64,000 nucleotides of DNA from a virus (IMGVR_UViG_3300012347_000217:46664-110663); one strand, 5' to 3'. Positions 26,694-35,988 are shown, counted from the stretch's first letter. Numbers and translations: made by a program. The notes: generated by a model from the sequence alone, not told the origin.

Positions 26694-27182
26694 ATGTATT
26701 CTGAAATCTTAACTGCCACTGGTATCACTCAGAGTGGTATGGAAACATTCGTACTTGGTACGATTGCGGTATTGATTCTAGGTTTCATACTTGTCATGTA
26801 TTGGCCTTTCATCATTGCCGGTGCTGCCGCATTATTCTGTGTTGTAGTTCTGGCCAATCACAAGGTGCCTGATGCACCTAAGCCCAAAGCCGTAGAAGTT
26901 TTAGTTCCAGTTGATGAAGCTGTTGCCAAACCTGCTGAACGTGTGATACAATCGGAAGAACCGTTCGATGAATCAAAGGCTTTTCTGCAAGACTGTGTGG
27001 CCTTGACTGACTATACAAAGCAGAAGTGCCAACAAATTTGGGAGAATCGTGAGGAGCCAATGGCATCACAGGATCCAGTTGTGTTCAAGTTGTTGAATGT
27101 TGACAATGCAGAATACAAGAAGCGTCGAGCCGAGGCATTGAAGAAACCTAATGCCGTTGTCTCTCACTACACATTTCACTAG
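26694..27182 (+). CDS. membrane protein
   Basis: N-terminal TM helices then soluble domain. Confidence 0.5.
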   Translation: MYSEILTATGITQSGMETFVLGTIAVLILGFILVMYWPFIIAGAAALFCVVVLANHKVPDAPKPKAVEVLVPVDEAVAKPAERVIQSEEPFDESKAFLQDCVALTDYTKQKCQQIWENREEPMASQDPVVFKLLNVDNAEYKKRRAEALKKPNAVVSHYTFH

Positions 27183-27190
27183 GAGTTTTT

Positions 27191-27469
27191 ATGGTAGCAG
27201 TTGTTAAGTCCGAATGGCATCAAGTTGAGAAGCGATATAGTATTGATATTGACCGTGAATTGTTCGGTCAAATCTATTCTGATATCGAAGACGAGGCCGA
27301 GATTGATTTGATGTTCAATCAGTTTGAGACTGGTGAAATTGATGTGTCTGAGGTTATCGACAAGGCTTATGATGAAGGTGTTGACCTTGATTTTGAGTGG
27401 TTAGATGAAGATGATTGGTGGACTGACCGCAAGGGTGGTTATGAGGTAACCTATGCCATCGAACCATAA
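27191..27469 (+). CDS. highly acidic small protein (candidate DNA mimic)
   Basis: 92 aa, D/E rich (IEDEAEIDLMFNQFETGEIDVSEVIDKAYDEGVDLDFEWLDEDDWW). Confidence 0.5.
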   Translation: MVAVVKSEWHQVEKRYSIDIDRELFGQIYSDIEDEAEIDLMFNQFETGEIDVSEVIDKAYDEGVDLDFEWLDEDDWWTDRKGGYEVTYAIEP

Positions 27470-27512
27470 TACATCTGGTAATGATATACAACAGTTTCTG
27501 AGGAACCTTAAC

Positions 27513-28625
27513 ATGGCCAGACCAAGAGGATTGCGGCGCTCAACGGTATATTCCAACCGGCGACAGCGTGTGATGCAACGACGAACACGACGAGATATTG
27601 AATATGGAGAAGTACCAATGCAAGTGAACCCAAAAGAAGTGTTCTTAGGAGCATCCGATGTTACCGACTTTATGACGGCCAACATTATGACTGAGCGCAA
27701 CCGTCTGATGAAGGAGACATTCAACACATCCTTTGGCATCTATGCCTCCAAGAAGGAATGGTTGGATTATTTCGCCGAGTTGCAACGATTCCGTTGTGTG
27801 CAAATGCGTTCAGAGTCCGGCTATTTCTATGATGACGAGAACCTGTCATACATGAATTACCATATTCATTCTACCCACGTTTCAATCGAAATGACTGGTG
27901 ATGACACATTCATTGCAGAACTCCATGCACAGTTCAAGGAAGACTTTGAGTTTGTGACCAATCAGATTGAGTGGATGTATTCATCTGATGGCCAATCTAT
28001 TGAGATTCCGTTGAAGCGTGACCGTGTGCCTGTTGCAGAAATGTATCCTTGGTTAGATGGTCGTTCACTTGAGTCCTACTATGAGGACTTCATGGCATCA
28101 CCTGCATCCATTCTGCTATTGATTGGCCCACCAGGAACTGGTAAGACCACATTCATCCGTGGTATGCTTCAACACACAGAAACCTCGGCTACTGTATCGT
28201 ATGATGCCGCAGTATTGGAGAAAGACTATGTGTTTGCCTCATTCATTGAAGGTGATAAGTCTCTGTTGATTCTGGAAGATGCTGATATGTTCCTGAAGTC
28301 ACGCAAAGAGGGTAACACCATGATGCACAAGTTCTTGAACGTGGGTGATGGCTTGGTTACTACCAAAGGTAAGAAGCTGGTGTTCTCCACTAACTTACCT
28401 TCTATCAAAGACATTGACCCAGCCTTGGTTCGTCCTGGTCGTTGCTATGATATCGTACACTTCAATGAGTTGACACAAACACAGGCAGAAGCCTTGGCTG
28501 AGAAGACTGGCGCTACACTGAATGGTAAGCGTGACAAGTGGTCTATTGCGGATGTATTCTACAATGAAAACACCAATAGCAAAGAGAAGTTCAAGGCAAC
28601 CGAATCTAAGATGGGATTTATGTAA
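27513..28625 (+). CDS. classic-clade AAA ATPase with ~200-aa N-terminal domain
   Basis: Walker A IGPPGTGKTT; Walker B LLILEDAD; second region of homology ALVRPGRCYD (classic AAA RPGRFD). Confidence 0.7.
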   Translation: MARPRGLRRSTVYSNRRQRVMQRRTRRDIEYGEVPMQVNPKEVFLGASDVTDFMTANIMTERNRLMKETFNTSFGIYASKKEWLDYFAELQRFRCVQMRSESGYFYDDENLSYMNYHIHSTHVSIEMTGDDTFIAELHAQFKEDFEFVTNQIEWMYSSDGQSIEIPLKRDRVPVAEMYPWLDGRSLESYYEDFMASPASILLLIGPPGTGKTTFIRGMLQHTETSATVSYDAAVLEKDYVFASFIEGDKSLLILEDADMFLKSRKEGNTMMHKFLNVGDGLVTTKGKKLVFSTNLPSIKDIDPALVRPGRCYDIVHFNELTQTQAEALAEKTGATLNGKRDKWSIADVFYNENTNSKEKFKATESKMGFM

Positions 28626-28960
28626 TGAGACTAATGCTTGGCCAATCAGGTAAACCGAGTTTGCTTGTTAATGTCGAGCAAGAACATAGTCCTACTCATT
28701 TTGAATTTTGGGTAGTCAACGGTAATTGGAATGGAACATATATTGATGGTTATGTGACAACTCATAACTGCCCAAGTGGTGACTATTCCAGTCTGGATAA
28801 GGTAGAAATACTTTGCGATAATCAGGACAGGTTACGTTCTTCTGATTGGTCTGGTGGTTACCAAGAAGTGTTCAATAACTTCCATGATGAAACGTATGTG
28901 GCACCTAAGCCTAAACCTGTTAAACTGCCGGCTAGCTGGGACGATGATATTCCTTTTTGA
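28625..28960 (+). CDS. hypothetical protein
   Basis: 111-aa ORF, ATGA overlap. Confidence 0.5.
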   Translation: MRLMLGQSGKPSLLVNVEQEHSPTHFEFWVVNGNWNGTYIDGYVTTHNCPSGDYSSLDKVEILCDNQDRLRSSDWSGGYQEVFNNFHDETYVAPKPKPVKLPASWDDDIPF

Positions 28961-28968
28961 GGTAAAGT

Positions 28969-29211
28969 ATGAAGTGTGATAAATGTGGTTATGATTATAG
29001 CAATTCAGGAGATTCTGCACACGTTTGCTTTCCTGTGAATTTGAAAAAGACAATGGTTATTTTCGATAAGCATTATTCGGATGAATCGCTCATTGATTTA
29101 GAAGGCCATATTGCTGATGCACTATCAGATAACATTGCTGGCATCCCAAGGGATGAATATGGTTTCTTAACTGGTACGTTTCGTGTGACCATTAATTGGA
29201 GTGAAGAATGA
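28969..29211 (+). CDS. hypothetical protein
   Basis: 80-aa ORF. Confidence 0.45.
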   Translation: MKCDKCGYDYSNSGDSAHVCFPVNLKKTMVIFDKHYSDESLIDLEGHIADALSDNIAGIPRDEYGFLTGTFRVTINWSEE

Positions 29212-29332
29212 AATTACTATTGATTCAAGGTGACTATGTTGCCGTATATCACGGAAGAAAACAGGTTGCACTCTACAAAGTAGATTGGACAGAAGAAACC
29301 GAACCACTGGAAATGGTCAAGGAGTTGTTAGC

Positions 29333-29563
29333 ATGAAAGAACGTATCTGGGAATTAGCAGTACAGGCCAAAATCCAAATGGTGAGTGAACCTCGATTGCA
29401 GGAGTTTGCTGAGTTGGTAGCACGTGAATGTGCCAACATCTGTGAAGACCTATCATTCACGCCTGAAGGTCCATCACTTGAGGCCAGATACCAACGTGGT
29501 CTATGTGCCGGTGAAATACGAAAACAATTCGGAGTACCGGCAGAATTTAGAAAAAGTACTTGA
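29333..29563 (+). CDS. hypothetical protein
   Basis: ATG 29333 inside track ORF 29285..29563. Confidence 0.45.
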   Translation: MKERIWELAVQAKIQMVSEPRLQEFAELVARECANICEDLSFTPEGPSLEARYQRGLCAGEIRKQFGVPAEFRKST

Positions 29564-29587
29564 CAAATAGAAAGGTTGTTGTATAAT
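29560..29587 (+). promoter_or_regulatory. consensus sigma70 promoter (TTGACA-16 nt-TATAAT) followed by a hairpin
   Basis: acTTGACAaatagaaaggttgttgTATAATatctctattgaacgggagatatt ATG; inverted repeat atatctc/gagatat overlaps the transcript start. Confidence 0.55.
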
Positions 29588-29610
29588 ATCTCTATTGAAC
29601 GGGAGATATT

Positions 29611-29949
29611 ATGGCAATCATTCACACACATTTGAAGAAGCGTAAACCTAAGAAGATGAATGCCCGCCAGCGGGAAATTCAGTCTGACTGGGAAAAGCTG
29701 GTCAAAAAGTATGAGACAAAGCCTGTGAAAAGTAAAGGTGTTGAAGCATGGATTCCACCACGAGCGTTCGTGCGTGAGACTCCCATCATCAAATCACTTG
29801 ACACAGGCTTTGTCGAATGTACCCGTAAAGATACACCCAAATACACAGGCTCTGCCATCAAAGGCATTGGTACAATGCACAAATCAAATGCTGTACCTAT
29901 CTTCACCGATGAACAGGCTATTGAAATTGCCACTATGAGGAGAGGTTGA
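29611..29949 (+). CDS. hypothetical basic protein
   Basis: 112-aa ORF. Confidence 0.5.
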   Translation: MAIIHTHLKKRKPKKMNARQREIQSDWEKLVKKYETKPVKSKGVEAWIPPRAFVRETPIIKSLDTGFVECTRKDTPKYTGSAIKGIGTMHKSNAVPIFTDEQAIEIATMRRG

Positions 29950-30176
29950 TGCACAAGACCGCACAAGAAGCTATTGATGCTTTCACACTGGAACACGGTG
30001 ATGATATCATGGATTTCGATGGTATGAACTGTAACGATTATCTATCCGATGGTCAAGAAGAATGTCTAGGTTGGCAAATTGGTGACCGCCGCTGTGATTG
30101 TGGTAATCGCCGTGTGTCTATTGAAACCTATGGTGATGCCAATACAGGCTTTGTTGCCTTTGCTTGTGCATATTGA
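29946..30176 (+). CDS. hypothetical Cys-rich protein
   Basis: 76-aa ORF, C..C..CDC pattern. Confidence 0.45.
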   Translation: MMHKTAQEAIDAFTLEHGDDIMDFDGMNCNDYLSDGQEECLGWQIGDRRCDCGNRRVSIETYGDANTGFVAFACAY

Positions 30177-30183
30177 GGAGTGG

Positions 30184-30381
30184 ATGATGCAACGCACACC
30201 TGTACCTATTGAATACCTCGAAGAAAAATGTATACAGTGGGATTCTGTATATTACCATCCAGATTTCGATTCGGATAAATTTGCCAAGCTCCTTGCAAAA
30301 GAGATTTTGAATTTGGCTAATCGACATGGCAATATTAAACCACGTGAAGTAATGAAATATTTTGGAGTAGAAAATGCGTAA
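30184..30381 (+). CDS. hypothetical protein
   Basis: ATG 30184 after GGAG. Confidence 0.4.
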   Translation: MMQRTPVPIEYLEEKCIQWDSVYYHPDFDSDKFAKLLAKEILNLANRHGNIKPREVMKYFGVENA

Positions 30382-31420
30382 ACTTGCAACAATCCGTAAA
30401 ATTGATGAACTGAACCCAATCGAAGGCGCCGATGCAATCGAGTGTGCCGTTGTGGGTGGCTGGAAAGTGGTAGCACAAAAAGGTCTGTACCAAGTTGGTG
30501 ACCTTGCTGTTTACTTTGAGATTGATTCATGGATTCCAACTGAGTTGGCTCCATTCCTGTCCAAAGGTAAAGAGCCACGTGAGTTTGAAGGTGTCAAAGG
30601 TGAACGCCTGAAGACTATCAAACTGCGTGGTCAGTTGTCTCAAGGTTTGTTGATTCCTGTCCATAATGATAAGACTGGCACATACCTGATGGTCTATACG
30701 GACGAAACAGGTGAGTATTCTCTGACTGTTGCTGAAGGTGATGATGTTACTGAGGCACTTGGTGTCAAGAAGTGGGAAAAGCCAATCAATGCTCAACTGG
30801 CTGGAGTATGTAAAGGTAATTTCCCTTCACTGATTCCAAAGACTGACCAAGAACGTGTGCAAAACTTGAAGAAAGAAATTGCGGCTGCACGTGAACTGAC
30901 ATTTGAAGTGACCGAGAAGTTAGAAGGTTCTTCTATGACTTGCTACTTGATTGAAGGTGAGTTTGGTGTTTGCTCACGTAACATGGACTTGAAAGAGTCC
31001 GAAGGTAATGCGTTTTGGGCCACTGCACGCCGTGAAGGTGTGGAAGAAAAGATGCGAACCGAGTTTGGCCTTGCAGACTTTGCCGTGCAAGGTGAACTGA
31101 TTGGTCCAGGTATTCAAGGTAACATCTACAAACTATCCGAACCTAGGTTCTATGTGTTTGATATCTATGATATTCGCCGTGGTGTGTATGTTGGTCCACG
31201 AACTCGTCAAGCTATGGTCAATGATATGGGCCTCAGCCATGTACCGACTATCTGGCACCAATGGAAACTTGATGCTGATGTTGACACACTCTTAGCACAA
31301 GCCGAAGGTGCTTCTTGGCTCAACAAAGACCAAGAGCGTGAAGGTATTGTGTTCAAGCAACTTGATGGTGGTATGACCTTCAAGTCTATCTCTAACAAAT
31401 ATCTACTCGGAGAGAAGTGA
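30374..31420 (+). CDS. ATP-dependent RNA ligase-like nucleotidyltransferase (N-terminal OB-like domain plus C-terminal NTase; Rnl5/DraRnl-like architecture)
   Basis: candidate motif I lysine in VTEKLEGSSMTCY at about aa 187, with the catalytic domain in the C-terminal half; 348 aa; assignment by pattern, not search. Confidence 0.55.
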   Translation: MRKLATIRKIDELNPIEGADAIECAVVGGWKVVAQKGLYQVGDLAVYFEIDSWIPTELAPFLSKGKEPREFEGVKGERLKTIKLRGQLSQGLLIPVHNDKTGTYLMVYTDETGEYSLTVAEGDDVTEALGVKKWEKPINAQLAGVCKGNFPSLIPKTDQERVQNLKKEIAAARELTFEVTEKLEGSSMTCYLIEGEFGVCSRNMDLKESEGNAFWATARREGVEEKMRTEFGLADFAVQGELIGPGIQGNIYKLSEPRFYVFDIYDIRRGVYVGPRTRQAMVNDMGLSHVPTIWHQWKLDADVDTLLAQAEGASWLNKDQEREGIVFKQLDGGMTFKSISNKYLLGEK

Positions 31421-31597
31421 TGGCTAAAATTATTCTGGCATTTGCTTCATTTGCCGTGATTATACATTTCGTCATTACTTTGTGGCGTTCACTTAATGGT
31501 CTGGAAAAGTGGACGTTGACAAAGAATGTGGTTTATAGTATAATGATTTCTGCATTGGCAATTCTGCTGATGGTTGGTCTTGTGATTGTTTTTTAAG
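31421..31597 (+). CDS. small membrane protein (58 aa)
   Basis: MAKIILAFASFAVIIHFVITLW...; ATGA overlap with previous gene; below track cutoff. Confidence 0.3.
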
Positions 31598-31606
31598 GAA
31601 CTGAAA

Positions 31607-32419
31607 ATGAAACGTATTTTGAGTATTGGTATTTTGGGTGCCGCAATTTTGATGACAGGTTGTACTCGAATCGAAACCGGTGAGATTGGTCTTCGGATTG
31701 ATATGAGCAAACAGATTAGCAACAACGAACTAGCAGAAGGTTCATGGAATCAAACAATCATTGGTGATGTTCTTACATTCCCAGTGAAAGAAGTTGCAGT
31801 CAAGGTTGATGACTTGAACCCACAGGCCGCAGACAACTCAACAATGAAGGACTTTGACTTGACTGTTATCTATAACATTAACAAGAGTCAAGTTGCCGAA
31901 ATTTACAACAGCAAGAACAAGTCATTCCATGCCAAGCATGACGGCGACACTTACCTGATGTATAACTACATTTATAATGCTACACGAAATGCAGTATACA
32001 AGTCCGCACGAAAGTATGAAGCATTGAATATGGGTGATAACCGTACACCAATGGAAATTGAAATCAAAGAACTTATCACTGGTACACTGGCATCTGAAAA
32101 GTTGGATGGTTCTATCACAATTAGCCAAGTGTTGATTCGCCAAATTATTCCAGCAGATACTGTGGTCGAATCAGCTAACGCATTGGTCCGTGCTAAGAAT
32201 GAAACCAAGCAGAAAGAAGCCGAAGTTCGTACTGCTCAACTTGAAGCACAACGTATTCAAGCACTGGCACAGAACCAAGGCGCTATTGCATACATGGATG
32301 CACAGACACGAATGACCTTAGCCGAAGCTGCCAAGATTCAAGCCCAAGCTATTGCACACTTCAAAGGTGGTACACTGGTTATTGGTGGCCAGCCCCCTGT
32401 GTTGAATGTAGGTAAATAA
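31607..32419 (+). CDS. SPFH/band-7 (prohibitin/HflKC-like) lipoprotein
   Basis: lipobox LMTGCT after signal peptide; IETGEIGLRIDMSKQ start typical of SPFH domains; C-terminal Ala/Gln coiled coil. Confidence 0.6.
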   Translation: MKRILSIGILGAAILMTGCTRIETGEIGLRIDMSKQISNNELAEGSWNQTIIGDVLTFPVKEVAVKVDDLNPQAADNSTMKDFDLTVIYNINKSQVAEIYNSKNKSFHAKHDGDTYLMYNYIYNATRNAVYKSARKYEALNMGDNRTPMEIEIKELITGTLASEKLDGSITISQVLIRQIIPADTVVESANALVRAKNETKQKEAEVRTAQLEAQRIQALAQNQGAIAYMDAQTRMTLAEAAKIQAQAIAHFKGGTLVIGGQPPVLNVGK

Positions 32420-32521
32420 ATGTGGTAAACAGTAGCCAATTACACTATAATCAAGTATAATTGGCTATATACCAATGTGAGAGATAGACTTTCACACGAC
32501 ACTTATTCAAAGGAGTTTTGA

Positions 32522-33541
32522 ATGTCAAAAAAATACGATACCCTTGTCCTTATCGGACGCTTTCAGCCTTTTCACAATGCTCACCTAGAGATTATCAAAC
32601 GTTCCACAGCCTTGTGTGACAAATTGATTATCATTACTGGTTCTGCGGCACAGCCTCGCACCTACAAGAACCCATTTAACTCACACGAACGTGCCACTAT
32701 GATTAAGGCCGCAACTGGTGGCCTTGCAATCAATATCATTATTGAGTCCAATGTGGACACAATCTATAATGACCAAGCATGGGCAGTTCGTGTTCAAGCT
32801 ATCGTCAATCGAAACACCAAGGCTGGTGACAAAGTTGCCGTCATCGGCCACAAGAAAGATGATTCATCATTCTACCTCGATATGTTCCCACAATGGGGCT
32901 ACGAGAATGTGGAAGAAATTGAACCACTCTCTGCGGTTAATATCCGTGACTTGTATTTCAAGCGTGATGTTAATATGAACTTCATTAAGAACGTGGTGCC
33001 ACAAACTACATTCGTTTACTTGGATGCCTTCAAGGATACTCCAGAATACGAACAAATCATCCGTGAGCGTGAGTTCGTTGAGGCGTATAAGAAACAATAC
33101 GCCTCACTTCCTTACCCACCAATCTTCTCTACTGCCGATGCCGTGGTTGTTCAATCTGGACACGTACTTATGATTAAGCGCCGAGCAGAACCAGGTAAAG
33201 GATTGTGGGCACTTCCAGGTGGCTATGTTAATGCTAACACCGACAAGTCTGTGGAAGATGCTGCGATTCGTGAACTGCGAGAAGAAACAAAGATTAAGGT
33301 GCCTGAACCTGTATTGCGTGGCAATATTGTCCGTGCTAAAGTCTTTGATGCAGTTGACCGTTCACCACGTGGCCGTATCATCACTCATGCCTTCTACATT
33401 CAATTACCCGATGGTGAATTACCAAAGGTCAAAGGTGCCGATGATGCCGAAAAGGCACGTTGGGTTCCAATCGCAGAAGTTAAGTCTGAGGAATGTTTTG
33501 AAGACCACTACGAAATTCTGCAACACTTCTTGGGAGCCTAA
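32522..33541 (+). CDS. natV: bifunctional NMN adenylyltransferase / Nudix ADP-ribose pyrophosphatase (NadM-Nudix, NatV-like)
   Basis: GRFQPFHNAH nucleotidyltransferase motif at N-terminus; Nudix box AIRELREETKI in the C-terminal half. Confidence 0.85.
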   Translation: MSKKYDTLVLIGRFQPFHNAHLEIIKRSTALCDKLIIITGSAAQPRTYKNPFNSHERATMIKAATGGLAINIIIESNVDTIYNDQAWAVRVQAIVNRNTKAGDKVAVIGHKKDDSSFYLDMFPQWGYENVEEIEPLSAVNIRDLYFKRDVNMNFIKNVVPQTTFVYLDAFKDTPEYEQIIREREFVEAYKKQYASLPYPPIFSTADAVVVQSGHVLMIKRRAEPGKGLWALPGGYVNANTDKSVEDAAIRELREETKIKVPEPVLRGNIVRAKVFDAVDRSPRGRIITHAFYIQLPDGELPKVKGADDAEKARWVPIAEVKSEECFEDHYEILQHFLGA

Positions 33542-33542
33542 T

Positions 33543-34010
33543 ATGTTAAAACACGCAAAAGGTAATTTACTTGACATGGCCGAGAACGGCGACTTTGATG
33601 TTATCGTCCAAGGTTGTAACTGCTTCAACACGATGGGTGGTGGTATTGCCCGTGAGATTGCAGAACGTTATCCACAGGCTATGTTGGCTGATAGAGAAAC
33701 TGAACGTGCCGATTATAAAAAGCTAGGTAACTGGACTCAATCATGGTCTCACGTGGCAGAGTTTGAAATCATTAACGCCTACACACAATATAGTATGTCT
33801 CGTGGTTTTGATGTGTTTGAGTATGTGGCTTTTGAATTGATCCTACAAAAACTCTTACACTATTATGGTGATAAACGTATCGGTTTACCATATATTGGTA
33901 TGGGTCTGGCTGGAGGTGATGAACAAACTATCCTCAATATGATTGAAGATTGGGCTTATGGTGTTGCATCAAAAGGTGGTACTGTAACATTAGTGGAATT
34001 TGGAGGTTGA
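33543..34010 (+). CDS. macro domain protein (ADP-ribose binding/processing)
   Basis: DFDVIVQGCNCFNTMGGGIAREIAERYP matches the macro-domain core; real start 33543, the track ORF 33219.. is an upstream frame extension. Confidence 0.75.
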   Translation: MLKHAKGNLLDMAENGDFDVIVQGCNCFNTMGGGIAREIAERYPQAMLADRETERADYKKLGNWTQSWSHVAEFEIINAYTQYSMSRGFDVFEYVAFELILQKLLHYYGDKRIGLPYIGMGLAGGDEQTILNMIEDWAYGVASKGGTVTLVEFGG

Positions 34011-34011
34011 T

Positions 34012-34476
34012 ATGAAAGAAATCAAAGCACCAAACTTTTTCCCCGCAATGGGTAAGAATGTGTTCCTTGCAGGCTCTATTGAAATGGGAGTTGCAGAGCA
34101 ATGGCAAGAACGTCTGGCTAAAATGCTAACTGATGTGGATTGCACACTACTGAATCCCCGTCGGGATGATTGGGATACCTCATGGGTACAATCAATCGAC
34201 AATCCACAATTCAAAGAACAAGTTGAATGGGAACTTCGTGGCTTGGATAGTTCTGTTATCGTTGTATTCTATTTTGATCCAAATACAAAGAGCCCGATTA
34301 CACTCATGGAACTAGGTTATGTGGCACATACTTGGTGTGATGTAGTTGTGTGTTGCCCAGAAGGATTTTGGCGTAAAGGTAATGTTGATATTATGTGTGA
34401 ACATACCGGAAAGGATACCGTAAACTCTCTCGAAGAAGTTGCGGAATATGTGAGAAAGAAATTGACACAGAATTGA
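34012..34476 (+). CDS. nucleoside 2-deoxyribosyltransferase-like fold protein
   Basis: KNVFLAGSIE...ERLAKMLTDV...CTLLNPRRD...FYFDPN...TLMELGYVA pattern typical of the NDT/DNPH1 family; 154 aa. Confidence 0.55.
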   Translation: MKEIKAPNFFPAMGKNVFLAGSIEMGVAEQWQERLAKMLTDVDCTLLNPRRDDWDTSWVQSIDNPQFKEQVEWELRGLDSSVIVVFYFDPNTKSPITLMELGYVAHTWCDVVVCCPEGFWRKGNVDIMCEHTGKDTVNSLEEVAEYVRKKLTQN

Positions 34477-34510
34477 AATTGTGTTATAATGTAAGCACTA
34501 GAGATAGACT

Positions 34511-34526
34511 CTGGTATAATTTAAAC
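34511..34526 (+). promoter_or_regulatory. extended -10 promoter (TGGTATAAT) for nadV
   Basis: agactcTGGTATAATtt 17 nt before the RBS AAGGAGA. Confidence 0.4.
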
Positions 34527-34542
34527 TGTTAAGGAGATTAAC

Positions 34543-35940
34543 ATGAAACTGGCAAAAAATATCTTATTGAATACCGACTCGTACAAGGTTAGTATGTGGA
34601 AACAATATCCCGTGGGAACCACTGGAGTTTACTCATACATCGAATCACGTGGCGGTAAGTATGACGAGACACTGATGTTCGGCCTACAAGCCTTCATCAA
34701 GGAGTATTTACTTGAACCAATCACACAAGCCGACATTGACATTGCAGACGAGATTCTCACAGCGCACGGTGAACCCTTCAACCGAGCTGGTTGGGATTAC
34801 ATCCTTAAAAATCACAAAGGATACCTCCCACTCGTTATTCGTGCTGTACCTGAAGGCACTGTGGTCCCTGTCTCGAATGTTCTGGCAACTGTCGAGAACA
34901 CAGACCCAGAATGTTTCTGGCTGACAACTTACCTTGAAACTGCTTTGCTTCGTGCTGTGTGGTATGGTACAACCGTAGCAACACAGTCATATAAAATCAA
35001 GAAGGTTATTCTTGAATACTTGGAGAAAACTGGTGATCCTGCTGGTATTGATTTTAAATTGCATGATTTCGGTGCCCGTGGTGTTTCAAGTATGGAATCT
35101 GCGGGGATTGGTGGCGCAGCGCACTTGGTTAATTTTATGGGTACTGACACTGTTACTGGTCTGCTTTATGCTCGTGAGTACTATAACGCTGGCATTGCAG
35201 GTTTCTCAATTCCAGCCGCAGAACACTCCACAATCACAAGTTGGGGTCGTGAAAACGAAGTAAAAGCCTATGACAACATGCTCAACCAATTTGCTAAACC
35301 TGGTGCTATCCTTGCAGTTGTATCTGATAGCTATGACATTTACAATGCAGCTTCTAAGTTATGGGGTGAAGAACTCCGACAAAAGGTTGTGGATTCTGGC
35401 GCTACTGTCGTCATTCGCCCTGATTCTGGTGACCCTGTAGCCGTCAATAAACAATTGGTTCAAATCTTGGATCAAAAGTTCGGCAGTACAGTAAACTCCA
35501 AAGGTTTCAAAGTTCTTAATAACATTCGACTGATTCAAGGAGATGGTGTAAATGAACTTACTATTCGCTCTATTCTTGGTGCCTTTATGGCTCTTGGGTA
35601 TTCTGCTGATAATATTGCTTTTGGCATGGGTGGAGCGTTGTTGCAAATCGTGGATCGAGACACCCAACGATTCGCAATGAAGTGTTCTTCTATTCAAATC
35701 AATGGTGCATGGCAAGACGTACAGAAAGATCCTGTGACTGACTCTGGTAAGCGTTCTAAAGCAGGACGTGTAACTCTCTGGCAATCAGGCGGTGAACTGT
35801 ACTCTGGTATCAAACCACCAACAGGTTGGACCGACAAAGGTTATGGTGGTTGGGTCGAAGCAATGCAAACCGTGTACCGTGACGGTCAGATTGTCCGTGA
35901 ATACGACTTTGCAGAAGTTCGTGCCAATGCACGTAAGTGA
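34543..35940 (+). CDS. nadV: nicotinamide phosphoribosyltransferase (NadV/NAMPT)
   Basis: N-terminus NILLNTDSYKVSMWKQYP and overall 465 aa match NAMPT. Confidence 0.9.
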   Translation: MKLAKNILLNTDSYKVSMWKQYPVGTTGVYSYIESRGGKYDETLMFGLQAFIKEYLLEPITQADIDIADEILTAHGEPFNRAGWDYILKNHKGYLPLVIRAVPEGTVVPVSNVLATVENTDPECFWLTTYLETALLRAVWYGTTVATQSYKIKKVILEYLEKTGDPAGIDFKLHDFGARGVSSMESAGIGGAAHLVNFMGTDTVTGLLYAREYYNAGIAGFSIPAAEHSTITSWGRENEVKAYDNMLNQFAKPGAILAVVSDSYDIYNAASKLWGEELRQKVVDSGATVVIRPDSGDPVAVNKQLVQILDQKFGSTVNSKGFKVLNNIRLIQGDGVNELTIRSILGAFMALGYSADNIAFGMGGALLQIVDRDTQRFAMKCSSIQINGAWQDVQKDPVTDSGKRSKAGRVTLWQSGGELYSGIKPPTGWTDKGYGGWVEAMQTVYRDGQIVREYDFAEVRANARK

Positions 35941-35960
35941 TTAGAGTTCACACACTACGA

Positions 35961-35988
35961 AAAAGGTGTTGCCAGTGACACCTTTTTC
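35961..35988 (+). terminator. rho-independent terminator after nadV
   Basis: AAGGTGT-tgccagtg-ACACCTT then TTTT; a second hairpin with T-run at 36000-36028. Confidence 0.65.

Noticed and set aside
33219-33542. N-terminal extension of the macro-domain ORF overlapping natV in another frame
   Set aside because: Macro-domain homology begins at MLKHAKGNLL (ATG 33543), right after the natV stop. The upstream part is a frame artefact.
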